A stretch of DNA of 64,000 nucleotides from Eukaryota sp. TZLM1-RC (Eukaryota > Protista > Metamonada: BaSk clade). The position numbers were made by a program, and so were the translations under genes. Positions 20,483 to 32,177 of this stretch are shown one piece after another. Numbering within the stretch: the stretch's first letter is position 1; each line of letters begins with the position of its first letter. The notes below the pieces were generated by a model. That model was not told the origin of the DNA, ran no database searches, and saw only the letters and a program-made list of their open reading frames with translations. Location: positions 930,001-994,000 of the forward strand of contig JAUPSS010000003.1 of assembly GCA_040285825.1 (NCBI GenBank), read 5' to 3'.

Positions 20483-22855
20483 TTACTGATTAATGAACCT
20501 AAAATACCTGACAACCAACTTTTTCACTTTCCTCACCTTTAAAACAGCGGCTTTCGATCCAACAACTTTACCTAGCACATCATCTCCTTCATTCCTATCT
20601 AGTTCCATTACCTTTAAGGCCAAAGCTAATGCATGAAACTTGAAGTGGGGATATGGGTTTTGGATGTGCGAATCAAGCAAATAGTCTACAACGGAAACAG
20701 CTGAATCAACAGAAAACTCTTGGAAGAAAGCGAGGTTTAAAACCTTGCAAATAACGACCCTCTTCAGCAAGGGTATTGAGAAGAGATCACAAAAGAGATC
20801 ATCTGTCAATGGAATAGGAAAATTTGGTCTTTGAATCCAATTAACCAATAATCGGAAACGACTTGAACCTTGGCAATCCAAGAACTGAAGATCTTTATGA
20901 TTTGAACAATTATTCAAATCAAAGAGAAACTTAATTGAATCAAACTGTTTCCTAAAATAGCAAAATTCAGGAAAACTGTCCATCAAAGAGTTGCATTCAC
21001 TCATTAATGTGTTGAAGTTTTGTAGATCTTGACTATCAATCAACAAATTAATCATTTCGGCAATCAATCCATCAATTTTGATTGATTTTCCCATGACATC
21101 ACCAGCATGACTTTTGAATTCACCTTTCACAGACAATAATAAATCAAAAGCCCTTTTTAAATCCCCTGTTTCGTATAATAAACTACAACCAAAAATAAAA
21201 GTAATTGAATAATCATTAATTAAAAAAGGAGAAAAAAGATCAAAAACTGAAGAAATTGCACGAAAATTTTGTTTCCTGAAAAATTCCTCTGACAAAAATG
21301 ATAATAGAGACACCCCACTATTTAAAAGCATTCCATTTTCAAGAAGATTATTGAACTGCCGATCATTGACAGTCAAAAACTCCTTCAAAAAGGAAACATT
21401 GTTCTGAGGATCTTCATTGTTGCCTTCCAAGACACTGAAAAGGGCAAGAATTACCTCTTTTAGATCATCAACCTCGTTCTGGTGACAATCAATCAATTTT
21501 GATTGAACACCTTCTGCAACATCTAAGCAAACCTTTAGTTCATGATGATAATCCACCTCTTTTTGTTTAATTTTCTTGAATTTTTTACTCCATTTTCTTG
21601 TATTTTTATTTAAATTTTTAACGGACCAATTATCAAAAGACAGAAATTCTTTCCGTGACTCTTGTAACGAATCAAATACATCCATTATTTGAGTTAAAGA
21701 ATCAATACTTGATTGGTTCAATTTAAAATTAAAATCACCAAGCACGTGGTCATCAATCGACCAATCACGTCCAATCAAACTGTGAATTACTGCACCATCG
21801 GAAACTGAATGCCAATCATCGGTGAAACGGGAAACTTTCCCTTTAAAACGGTTATTAACTGCCTCTAAAACAGATCTTACAAACGACATACCTCCAATTA
21901 ACAACACTCTATCAATTCTAATAGGAGATTCTACAGATGAAATAAAAGAGTTTAATTGTGCCAGAATAAAACCTTCAAAAAGTAATTCAAAAGCACTAAT
22001 GTCCACGGTAAAGTCAAATTCCATTGGTTCCTGCTTGGTAGAATCAAAACCAACCACCAGGTTAATGACTGCCGAATCACTTACCGATAGTTTAGTTCGA
22101 CACTGCTCAACAGACTTCTTAAGACCCATGCACAATTTTGGACTGTCCATCACGTCTACATCGAATTGTTCCTTAATTTTTCCACAAAGGAAATCAAAAA
22201 GAAGCTGGTCGATATAGATTAGCCCCAGAGACTGATGGGACTTTGACTCTACCACCTTAACCTTCATGTCAGAAGAAATGGTGGCAAGTAAGAAGAAAGA
22301 AGAGGAATAGCCAAGATCGAGAATCATAATACTCTGATTGGGATACGGCTGGCTGAGTGATTTAAGATATGAGTAGAGAAGAGAAAGGGACTGTGGAATG
22401 AGTTGTATGGAAGAAGGATCTAAACGGAGGAGGGAAAGAGCAATCAACACTGTCTGGATCTCTGTGTGGTCTTTGTTATTAGTAAAGTACGGGGGTATTG
22501 CTATAAGAGTGGCTTTGGTAGAGAGGTCGATGTTATCTTGCAGGAATGACGCTAGTAAGACTGATGGATGAGGGGAAGTGTTCCTAAGGGAGAATGGCTT
22601 GTTGTAGAGGGGAGAAACAAAAGGGTAGTGTAGAGATGAGGGTTGAATTCCAAAAACAGTACTGAGTAACCTCACAGTAGCAAGAGGGTTGTCTTTCTGC
22701 ATTTCATCTACACGAGCTCCAGAGAAAATACCTGCTTCGCGGAGATAAACCACTGTCTGGGATGTACTGGGGTGTGAGAGTCGACCATCGATTGAAGTTG
22801 TGACATAGGTTTTGTAGCTCCCCAGATCAATAGCTTGTGTATGATGTGTGTGCAT
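20483..22855 (-). CDS. Divergent Hsp70/actin-fold ATPase-domain protein with helical C-terminal half
   Basis: AIDLGSYKT, IAIPPYF, ILDLGYSS, LGLIYIDQLL, LIGGMS, VSDGAVI. No recognisable Hsp70 substrate-binding domain. Confidence 0.7.
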   Translation of the reverse strand: MHTHHTQAIDLGSYKTYVTTSIDGRLSHPSTSQTVVYLREAGIFSGARVDEMQKDNPLATVRLLSTVFGIQPSSLHYPFVSPLYNKPFSLRNTSPHPSVLLASFLQDNIDLSTKATLIAIPPYFTNNKDHTEIQTVLIALSLLRLDPSSIQLIPQSLSLLYSYLKSLSQPYPNQSIMILDLGYSSSFFLLATISSDMKVKVVESKSHQSLGLIYIDQLLFDFLCGKIKEQFDVDVMDSPKLCMGLKKSVEQCRTKLSVSDSAVINLVVGFDSTKQEPMEFDFTVDISAFELLFEGFILAQLNSFISSVESPIRIDRVLLIGGMSFVRSVLEAVNNRFKGKVSRFTDDWHSVSDGAVIHSLIGRDWSIDDHVLGDFNFKLNQSSIDSLTQIMDVFDSLQESRKEFLSFDNWSVKNLNKNTRKWSKKFKKIKQKEVDYHHELKVCLDVAEGVQSKLIDCHQNEVDDLKEVILALFSVLEGNNEDPQNNVSFLKEFLTVNDRQFNNLLENGMLLNSGVSLLSFLSEEFFRKQNFRAISSVFDLFSPFLINDYSITFIFGCSLLYETGDLKRAFDLLLSVKGEFKSHAGDVMGKSIKIDGLIAEMINLLIDSQDLQNFNTLMSECNSLMDSFPEFCYFRKQFDSIKFLFDLNNCSNHKDLQFLDCQGSSRFRLLVNWIQRPNFPIPLTDDLFCDLFSIPLLKRVVICKVLNLAFFQEFSVDSAVSVVDYLLDSHIQNPYPHFKFHALALALKVMELDRNEGDDVLGKVVGSKAAVLKVRKVKKLVVRYFRFINQ

Positions 22856-22916
22856 CTATTGATTAGGAATTTTTTGTCGTGTTGGTAAAATTGTAATTCA
22901 TCTATCCACAACTATT

Positions 22917-24705
22917 TGACCTGCTTTCTTCTTCAGGTGTTAAACAGGGCGATCCACTTGGTCCTTTTTCTTTTGTTTGGCAATTCATCCTCTAATGTGT
23001 GAATTCAAAGAAAAATTTCCAGAAATATATATTGTAACATATATGGATGACATTTCTGTCATTGCTCCTATTTCAGTTCTCAAAAAAATAGCAAATTTTA
23101 TTAAACAGCGTTATGAAGATATTGGTCTCTCATTAAATATTGCCAAATGTCTGATTAATGGCCATGAACCAATTGATTTCTTTATTAATGACGTCAACGT
23201 CCCCTTCATCAATTACGATCAGTCTGGCTTTCGTTTTTTGGGTTGTTATTTGGAAATATTGATGATGTCAAAAGCCAACTTTCGAATTTGTTGACTCAAT
23301 TTGGAAATGAATTAGAATCAATTGAGTATTTAAATATTGAAAAACATTTGAAACTCTTTTTTCTAAAAGTTTGTCATTTTGGAAAGTTTACTCATAGTTT
23401 GAGATCAACATCACCTTCAATTTCTTTGGAATTTTGTCGTATTTTCAATGAACAAAGGACTAATTTTTTAGCACAATTATTAGAAATTGATGCATCTCAA
23501 TTACGAATTTATTTTTTTTGTGGTACAATTTTTGGTGGTGTTGATTTTCATAAATCAAGCTACCTTTGTAAAGCTGTATTTATTGAAGGGTGGTAGAAAT
23601 TTTATCTTTGAATTTGTGAATCGTTTTCCAAACAAAATTGATCTCCCAGAAAACTGTGGCATTTTTTATCTTATTTTTTTACAACAGGAATTTGATTCAC
23701 TTTCACCAAATATTTGGTCTCAATGTTTTCCCTCTGATATGGTGGAACTTCCTCCAAGAAGCTTGATCTCCTTACACATTTGCAAAATTGCAGAAAAAAA
23801 TCTTGAACGTTTTAGAAAACTAGGATTATATTGTTTGTCTTAGCTTGGCTAAGAAAGAAAATGCCGTTTTTGCAAACTTTTTGATTGACCTTAAAGACAG
23901 TAGCTCAAGTTGCATGATCTCCCACGTTTCCAGCATTTGTGGCCTTCTACTCAATGATCATCAATGGACCACCGATATGAGAATGAGATGTTTCTTATGG
24001 CCTTGTTCATTACCAAATGATTTAATTTGTCGCTGTAAGAATGTGGTTACGCTTTCCCATATTTTAAACTGCAAATATTTTATTAACTATTGCTCAATTG
24101 TACATGATTCACTTCGTGATCAAGTCTATGCTATGTGTAAAAGTTTCAATACTGAGGCTTTGATTGAACCGTTAGTACGTAAGCTATCTCCGGATCAAAC
24201 TGACGAGTCCTTTGGTAAAAGAAGGGCAGATTTAGTAGCTCCAGGGATCGATGGTGTTCTCAACGTTGCCGATGTTGTCTCAGTAGATGTGTGCAAAAAT
24301 TCTGCTGCTCGTTTGGTGTATTCCGCTGATTCGCCACTATCTAATGCCGAAAAAAGAAAATAAAAAAAATATGAACAATTAGGTAGAGTCGAACATGTGA
24401 AATATCAGTTTGTGCCGTGTGCAATTTCTCTTTTTGGCAATATTGGACCTTCAGGATCACACATTTTTGAAAATTCCAAGACAGTTTTGCAAAATAGCTC
24501 TTGTAAAAATTGAATTCCACTTTCTGGAGTAGAATTGTTTTCTGCGTTTGCAAATCTATTCCAACAATGATTTCTAAAGCTCTGTTAGCTATTGGTGTAG
24601 AATATGAACGAAGTGCTGTGAGTAGGTTTAGTATCAGTGATGCTTGCTTGGAGGATATTGAATATTAGACATTATTTTAATTCAATAAAAATATTGTTCA
24701 AAAAA
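22917..24705 (+). mobile_element. 5'-truncated, frameshifted CRE-like non-LTR retrotransposon (RT plus REL endonuclease)
   Basis: GVKQGDPLGP, YMDD, FLG, CRC..HILNC, RRADL..DV. A-tail near 24700 and 13-bp TSD ATC(C/T)ACAACTATT at 22904-22916 and 24706-24718. Confidence 0.88.
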
Positions 24706-24775
24706 ATCTACAACTATTAGTGATATTTGATAAAACTATTTTTTACTTACATAATAAAATCTATATACAATAAAC

Positions 24776-25408
24776 CTATCGAGTCAACATTAAAGAACGT
24801 CGTTGAGCAGCCAATTGAAGTTTAAGATCAATTAATCTTCTCTTTTCTGCGATAGCAAGAGCACGTTTACGACGAATCTTAGATAGGCGTTGTGAACTTA
24901 CCTTAGCCTTTTCAATGACAATTTTTAAACTCCTTGACCGTTGTTCAGCAGCTTGGCTTAGTCTATTTTGAATTTGTACAAGAGTAACTTTCTGGGGTTT
25001 AGTTATTCTTCGAGAAAACAATCTGGCTTTCTGTTGGCGTTGAGAGAGAAGAAAAGAGCGACGTTGGGCTGCTTCCTCTAGTTTATCGGAGATTTGTTTG
25101 ACTGGTTTGGGTTTGGTCTCTACAAAAGCTTTTTGTTGTTTTTCAAGCAGAAAATGTTGTCTATTTCGGGCAGCCCGTTCTTGTTTTTCTCGAGTAAATG
25201 CATCTGTTTCAATCAAGTGTTGACAATGTTGAGTAATTCTTCTAGAGCGAGCAGCTTCAACCTTTTGGGCTTGTAGAGCAGCTTTCCGAGCAACATTCGA
25301 GAGAAAAGCATTTCGATTGCGCTCATATCGTTCAAGCTTATCAGTAATGACTTGGTGAGAAATGGAACGATCTAGAACAGTGTTTAGCATGATTTCAAAA
25401 GGAGACAT
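24776..25408 (-). CDS. Basic, repetitive helical protein (AAxRR-type repeats), function unknown
   Basis: Intact ORF from ATG 25408 with repeated L..AA.RR...L motifs. Confidence 0.55.
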   Translation of the reverse strand: MSPFEIMLNTVLDRSISHQVITDKLERYERNRNAFLSNVARKAALQAQKVEAARSRRITQHCQHLIETDAFTREKQERAARNRQHFLLEKQQKAFVETKPKPVKQISDKLEEAAQRRSFLLSQRQQKARLFSRRITKPQKVTLVQIQNRLSQAAEQRSRSLKIVIEKAKVSSQRLSKIRRKRALAIAEKRRLIDLKLQLAAQRRSLMLTR

Positions 25409-25796
25409 TCTGTGAGAAAGAATCATGATAAGAGACACTCTATAATCGCTTAAAAGAGGTCGACATGTGACAAGAGAGAATGCAATGACACGACAAAACA
25501 AACATGATGAAACAGGATACCAAAAGTATAGAGTGACAACATAACTAATCAGTACAAGAGGCTATCAGAGAACTGAGTTAGACTGTTGTAATAGTCCCAT
25601 TAGGTTAAAAACCCTGTTGCTTCATCAACATCAAGAATCATGAGCAGATTATGTTGTGCTTGTATCTCCATTCCACCACCAGGTTTGTTCAATGGAATGA
25701 TATATCTGCTTGACAGTGCAGCGTCAATGAAATAGACCTCAGGAGGGAACTACGTAAGGTTACCCCATGAAGTGACCGTATAAAACCCGGGTTGTG

Positions 25797-25960
25797 ACAC
25801 CAACAGAATAACAGTTGTTGACATAAAAAAATTACTGTGACCCACCCCAGTCCAAGTGGAGATGAGGGGGCTGTCCTACCACTGTCTCACCATAGTGCAA
25901 TGGTGGAGGATAGAACAGAAGTACACATTCATGAGCATGTACAAGCCACAAAGGTATGTT
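25797..25960 (-). ncRNA. U1: U1 spliceosomal snRNA
   Basis: 5' AACAUACC; helix H UGUGGC/GUCACA; SL-I GUACAU-GCUCAUGAA-UGUGUAC (70K-like loop); SL-II with CAUUGCAC (U1A-site) loop; SL-III; Sm site AAUUUUUUUA (25824-25833); 3' hairpin. ~164 nt, ends approximate. Confidence 0.9.
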
Positions 25961-25981
25961 AAAGATTTTTTAATTTGTCGA

Positions 25982-26007
25982 AATTTGAATCCCATCACTA
26001 GTGAAGT
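25982..26007 (-). promoter_or_regulatory. Putative snRNA promoter element upstream of U1
   Basis: ACTTCACTAGTGATGGGATTCAAATT on the minus strand, 24/26 identical to 2566-2591. Confidence 0.75.
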
Positions 26008-26879
26008 GTCTATTTAATCACAATTTGCTTGAATATGGTTTGATACTTTCTTCTGGTGATATACACTTTAGTATTGTTTCCCGTTGTTTGTCATAAACAC
26101 TGCATGATCACAATTCTTGAAACTAAGCACCAAAACAGTAATAAAAATCAAGATATTGAATCTAATGAAGATGAAGTGAATTTAATTTATCAAAATTCAC
26201 ATAAATAGATATAACAATAAACCAAAAACGTACACATCACAAACAACAAATGAATTTTCCAAAAAAAAATTAATCAATATCCAAGCAAGTTTGCCTGCCT
26301 ATGACAAACTAAAAATTGTACCATAACTCACTCATTACAGACTTGTTCACCAGTGCTCCAAATACAGGTCTCTATCACCTTACCTTCATCTTGAAAAGTC
26401 AAAATAATTTGTTAGAACTTCTATTGTCCTCAATTCAATAATAACTTAAAATTCTGTTCCGAAACGTAGGGCGGAGCAAGTGAATCAAACAGAGAACTGA
26501 CAAATTGTGTGTAGCAAGATGTTGGAGAACAATTGGGATAAAGGGTCACCATAATTGTTGATTTTGAAACGTGCAGCGTTTGAAAGAGGATTGAGAACTT
26601 GAGAATTAGCTAACCTTTCACTAGAGACATTACGTCCACTAAAACAAAGGTTGCATCTAATTCAGTTGATATGACATCACCTCTATTGTTCTTATGGTAG
26701 TCATCTTCAGCATTAAACAGATTAGACAAAAGAGGTTCCCAACAAGATTCAAATCTATGAGACTTTCAAATACTATATAATTGGTCTCTTACAACATCGT
26801 GAACCTTGCTTTTTAAAAGTAATAAAATGTTAACAATTTAACAAATGAGTAATTGTAATTTTTTTTATCTAAACTGTTT

Positions 26880-28440
26880 TATTTATTGAATTTGCACACT
26901 TAATTAAATTAACTCATAACTAATGGGACGACTATCATTGAACCAAGATTTCCTCTACAAAATCTTGATCTGCTTGCTGTCTAGCTAAAGTTTCTCTAAT
27001 TCGATTGAAAAACCGAGCTAATCTATTAATAATGGCAAATTGAATCCGTGAACGCCATAAAAAAATATCAAATCTTTTCATTGTTTTTTCTTGAACCATT
27101 TTTTGGAAGTCATTCAAAAAAGTTTCTGCTTCTACTGATAGTCTTCCGTTTATCGAAAATGGGAAAGCAATAAAAACCAGCTGTGTATTTCTATCGACAT
27201 TTGCATCTTCAATTTCTTTATCATATTTTCTATGTTTTTCTTTTGCTTTAAAATCCAGAGCAGCCACAGGATTAAGTTTTCTTCTGTGAACCAAAGTATC
27301 GTTTGCAACATTACATGAGACAAAGTCAACAATAGCTTCAGAATTATCAATCCAATCACAGTATACATCACCTCTATCATCAGAACCAAAATTATTCAGA
27401 GAAAGTGTTTCTTTCAGCAGGGGCTCTTTGATACACGATATCCTTGCAGTTTGTGCCATATTGAAAACAGTGTCTCTAACAGCATCATGTAATGAAGAAC
27501 GATAAGTTATCAATTTAGAGCAATTTAGAGCATGGCGCAAAGTGAGTTGAGGTGAATTCGAACAAATACATTTTTCTTTTGATAATAATTGGTTAATGGG
27601 GATGTTCAAATATAATCTCATTTTTGTTACAAATGCTTCATTAGTGGCACACAATCCAAATCTTCGTGGTACAATGGTTACAAAAAGTGAAGAATCTGAC
27701 GCCTTGTTTTCACAAACACCCTTTTCCAATAACAATGAGTGAAGATCTTGATTTAAAACAGCCGAGCTGCAAATATTATTATAAAGATCTTTTTCATACA
27801 TTCCAGTCAATCTTTTTCTGTAATGTTCGAAGAGTGTACTTCAAATTTAAAACATTTTTTTGTGGAATATTGCCATTGAATGATTGGGGAAAACATCGAC
27901 CCCATTTTTCTACATCAATTCTTGAAATTTCTTCATTTAATGCAAAAACAGTGGAACTTTGCGTTGTCATCAATAAATCTTCCCAATCTGCAAATCTTTC
28001 GGAAAACTCAAAGATTGCATTTCTGCATCCACCAACAAAAGCACACGAGGTAAGAATAGAAGCCTTCGTCCACCCTAAACCACCATAATGTGGACTAAGG
28101 TAAGCATGATCTGGAATTTGAAACATTTTACATCCCAGTAATTGAGACAGAACTTTTGCACGTAACTCATTAAACTTTTGAGCCAAAGGTCTAGTGACGA
28201 GAGGATTTGTAGATCGAAATATATGATTAAAATTGGAACTAAAACACAGTCTTATAATGGTAAATTTGATGTGTTTTTTTATATCTAAATTCATCATTCG
28301 GTCAATTTTGTCAGAAATTGAGTTCAACTTTTCAAACAATTTTTTGGTAATTTCATCATTATTTCCTAAAAACGAACCCAAATGACGAATAGCATCAATT
28401 GAATATAATTTGGCTTGAATTTCAATATCATCAATTTTTC
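26880..28440 (-). mobile_element. 5'-truncated REL non-LTR retrotransposon family A
   Basis: ORFs 27794-28381 (GSFLG, GGLG) and 26935-27810 (CIC..HALNC, HDAVRD, EPLL, RGD..VDF) separated by one frameshift; 3' UTR with AATAAA. Confidence 0.88.
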
Positions 28441-28469
28441 GAGAATATTTACAAATAAATCAATTAATT

Positions 28470-29375
28470 GATTTTTATTCAACAACAAATATGAAATACA
28501 CAATTAAAACTCCACATCCTCAAAACCTGCCTCCCCTACATCAAAACAATTAATCGCTAAAGATTCAGAAAATTTCCCAAAAGAAGATAGTGAATCAGAA
28601 ATTAGTGTTACCATTCCCTTAAAAATAGAAAATACAATCCTGTTTTGCCAGTAAACACGATTGAAAATTCTTCCAGTTCTTTCCTTTACAACTACAACAA
28701 AATCCTCAAGGAAAGCCATAGCAGCCTTACCTAGAGATCCAAGCAAAGAAAAAACAAATGGACATAAATTATATTGGGCATGAGAATTTTCATTAACCGA
28801 GGAAATGGGTTTCGCATATTTAGCAATTTTATATTTTTCGCCTGCAAGAAGAGGATTATTTACATCCGAGTTAATGAAATGTTCGTTAGAGGAATTACAA
28901 GGGTCAATAGACATGGCGTCCAAAAATAGTAAAACTACCATTTAAACCAGGAACAACTAGATCACCTCTAGTCAGACCCATAGAAGCTCTGTTGTAACGT
29001 GTACTATCAATATTGGGATCATCAAGAATTAATTTTGATAACAGCGGTTCTAAAAAGGAATCTACTCGATATGATTTGCACATTACATAAATTTGGTCCC
29101 TGACGTTATTATGCACTTTGCTTCTAAACGTAATGAAATGTTTACAGTTCAAAAGATGAGTAAACAAAAGAGGTTTACCACATTTACAAGTTAAATGATT
29201 GGGCAAATTGTTTGGCCACAGAAAACAACGAAAACGCATGTTTAGAAGCCATTCATTGTCTTTTAACAAAAGTCCATAAACAGAGGGAACTTGAGTTACT
29301 AAAGCAGCAGCTGAACTATCACGAATATCCTTTAAAAAATTACCGAAAGCGGGATTTTTACATTTACAAATTAAA
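28470..29375 (-). mobile_element. 5'-truncated REL non-LTR retrotransposon family C
   Basis: ORFs 28904-29401 (CKC..HLLNC, EPLL, RGD) and 28504-28941 (PFVFSLLG, WQNRIVFS), frameshifted. Confidence 0.85.
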
Positions 29376-29462
29376 TTGAAAAAAATATCCCCACTCAACA
29401 ACTTCAGGAATTTCTTAAATTACGGATCCACAAGCTGTGTTTGGAATTACACCAGACAGAGA

Positions 29463-30191
29463 ATGCTGATAGCACTCCATAATCTTCTGGCCCAAAGGTT
29501 TTTGCAGAAATGGCGAAATCGTGATTCCCCATGTGAATCAACATTCTGCTCTCTAGAGGACAGACTTGCACTACTTTTACAGCAACTACACAATTGGGAT
29601 CTCGATGCTTTGTTGCTCTCTGAATTCAGTTTTAACGAATTTGGTTCATTGTTCCCACAAGACAAATGGGAAATTCTAAGCAACACAAGTTCTCAACACG
29701 ATATTGGTCAGGCGGTGTTGCTGAGAAAGGATCGATGGAACGATATTTACATGGAGAATTCTTTCAGAAAAGGTGTCAATGGTTTTATTGGTGTACATGC
29801 AAATTATTCTGATTGTGGTAAACGAGTAGGAATTTGCTCCATTCATGCCAAATATGGTGATTCAAGCACCACTATAGAAGATAATGTAGCGTCTTCCATC
29901 GATAGAACGATTCCTTGGATCATTGGTGGCGATTTTAACAAGAGCAATCCTGTCATGCCAGATCTGTTTTCTCTCTCCCTGCCAACAACTCATTTATCCA
30001 ACACAATCCATGGTACCGCCTTTGTTACCTTTGACCACATTTTTTTGTCAAAACAATTGGTACCAAATAGCCATCTTGTCCATATAACGCCTCCAGCAGA
30101 ACTTCTATGTCATGGATATTGTTTGAAAAAACACCAATTGTTGTTCTCAAGTGATCATGCTTTTATTGTAGTTAAATTGGAAATAAAGTAA
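29463..30191 (+). CDS. Exonuclease-endonuclease-phosphatase (EEP) family protein
   Basis: HNLLA, LLLSE, SIH, IIGGDFN, FDHIF, SSDH motifs; ATG at 29463. Confidence 0.8.
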   Translation: MLIALHNLLAQRFLQKWRNRDSPCESTFCSLEDRLALLLQQLHNWDLDALLLSEFSFNEFGSLFPQDKWEILSNTSSQHDIGQAVLLRKDRWNDIYMENSFRKGVNGFIGVHANYSDCGKRVGICSIHAKYGDSSTTIEDNVASSIDRTIPWIIGGDFNKSNPVMPDLFSLSLPTTHLSNTIHGTAFVTFDHIFLSKQLVPNSHLVHITPPAELLCHGYCLKKHQLLFSSDHAFIVVKLEIK

Positions 30192-30230
30192 ACAAAAAGG
30201 AAATCTATACATCAAAAAACACAAGAAAAA

Positions 30231-30878
30231 CTAACGTCGATTGTCTGGGGGCCTCAAACTCAACTTGGGCGTAGTACAGGTGGGTTCTGGAGTGTAAAGT
30301 GAGGTAGGGGTAGATATTCTATTTTCAAAACATGGAGAATCGGGTGAACTAACATGGAGCATGGGAATACTAAAGCTTCTACGCAAACTCTCTGCCTTGG
30401 GAAGAGAAACAGCATGGTGTTTGATTGCAGAGAGTCTTTCACTATCTGTAACTGGTGCACAGTCCAATACCTTGATTGTAGGTAAGCGGCTTATCACAAA
30501 GTGCCTGTACTCTGTGTATTCACGTTTGGATCGGTTATTGAGATAACTAGGGCAGCACTCGTTGCCAAGAAGTAAGAGATCTGTGAGATGGGGACAAGAC
30601 TTTTCTATCATGGTAATGAATCTATGAATATTACAAATCTCGTTCTTGGCAACCCAAAGAGTTTTTAAATTGAGGAGTGGAGGGAAAAACGTGGTATCGG
30701 TAATTCTGTTGTTGTTAAGGATGAGTGTTGTAAGATTAGGGGTGTTTGAAAGCTGTGACAAGTCAGTGATGGAGTTGTTCGATAGATCTAGGGATTGCAG
30801 ATATCGCTTCAGTGATGAAGAGATGGAAGAGAGATTACTTATGTTCTTGTGTGCAAACACAAGACTAGTAGCAGGCAT
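30231..30878 (-). CDS. Leucine-rich repeat protein (LRMDA/U2A'-type LRR cap)
   Basis: LDLSNNSI, LILNNNRI, LWVAKNEI, LLGNECCP..YRHFVISRLPTIKVLD..VTDSER. Confidence 0.8.
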   Translation of the reverse strand: MPATSLVFAHKNISNLSSISSSLKRYLQSLDLSNNSITDLSQLSNTPNLTTLILNNNRITDTTFFPPLLNLKTLWVAKNEICNIHRFITMIEKSCPHLTDLLLLGNECCPSYLNNRSKREYTEYRHFVISRLPTIKVLDCAPVTDSERLSAIKHHAVSLPKAESLRRSFSIPMLHVSSPDSPCFENRISTPTSLYTPEPTCTTPKLSLRPPDNRR

Positions 30879-31236
30879 GAGTCAAAGGAAGTCTAAAATT
30901 CTTAGTATAAATGGATTGGTGTTCTATTTTTATTCTTTTATTGGAAAAAACAAATCTGTCAAAAGTTTTATTGGACAATACAAATTGTTTAAAACTAATG
31001 TCGCTATAATTGAGTGCGCACCAAACAAAAACAATGTTATACCAAACGCACCATCGTACCACCGAACAAAAAAAGTAATAGTAATAAAAAGTAGTGGTTG
31101 TGGTTATCCAATTGCTCCTTTTGTGGATTCTTCTCAGGTTGTTGTTGACTTTACTACTGTTGATTCTTTTGCTTCAATTTACTGTGAAGATGTCTTAGTT
31201 AGTTCTAATGGCCACTTAGACAAGGCTGAGTTGATT

Positions 31237-31929
31237 CTAATTCTTTTCTGTTGATTCTAATTGTCTCTTCAGTAATAACTGATCCTTTTCTGAGCTCTTC
31301 TTCCACTCATCTTTATAATTTTCAAGTTTTTCAATCCATTCCGCGTCCTTTGAACTACAAATATTTGTCAGCTGAGACTTGACACTTGTCAGCTCAGAGA
31401 ACAGCTCAGTGACACGTGTTTCTGCTGAATTCAACTGACTTTTGTAATTTTGCGCTTCCTTTTGAATTTGTTGAAATTCAGTTTCTAAAATATTATTTTC
31501 AGCCACTTGATTAGTTAATTCCAAATCCTTTTCATTAATTTCAGACATTAACTGGGAATTTCGGAATCTTAACTTTGAAATTTCAGTTTCCAGTTTAGAC
31601 ATTGTTGATTGGTGATCAGAAACTTGCGATTGTAAATTAACCAACTCTAACTGTTGGTTGACCGCCTTGCCATCGTGATTGCTTTTCAGCTCAGTTATTA
31701 ACCTTTCCTTTTCAATCAAATCATTTTCAAGTTCGGAAAGCTGCAGACTCTGAGATTGAGTAGTTTCATTTAATTTAGATACTTCACACTCAAGTTGCTG
31801 GTTTAGTGATTGAACACTGCTCATTTCTTGGTTAAGTTGTGATATGTGCGCATCATGAGAGTGTAGAGACGACAGAGCAAGGGAAAGAGAGGACTGTAGT
31901 TGAGTAGTTAAAAGCAGTTCATGTGACAA
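31237..31929 (-). CDS. Coiled-coil protein (start uncertain, possibly a fragment)
   Basis: 230-aa heptad-rich ORF with a TTG start. The upstream ATG near 31983 is out of frame. Confidence 0.45.
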   Translation of the reverse strand: MSHELLLTTQLQSSLSLALSSLHSHDAHISQLNQEMSSVQSLNQQLECEVSKLNETTQSQSLQLSELENDLIEKERLITELKSNHDGKAVNQQLELVNLQSQVSDHQSTMSKLETEISKLRFRNSQLMSEINEKDLELTNQVAENNILETEFQQIQKEAQNYKSQLNSAETRVTELFSELTSVKSQLTNICSSKDAEWIEKLENYKDEWKKSSEKDQLLLKRQLESTEKN

Positions 31930-32177
31930 GCAGAGAACTCAGATAGAAAGCATGGTAGTAGGTGGTCGTATATGGATGTCATTGACTACTCCAGTGCAAC
32001 TTTTACAAAGGATACCTAGTTTATGAACCTAGTTTATGAAGTGAGGGGAAAGTGTGGGAATAGTGAAAACCTCCCAAAACCAAGTTGAGGGTTAAAAACC
32101 TCCCAGAATAGGCAACCAGAAGTCGAAAATGGGTGACAAGTGTAAAATTTGATAGATGAGCTCTTTATTCTCACTAC

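Noticed and set aside
30646-31254. 202-aa plus-strand ORF
   Set aside because: Antisense to the LRR gene, TTG start, no motifs.
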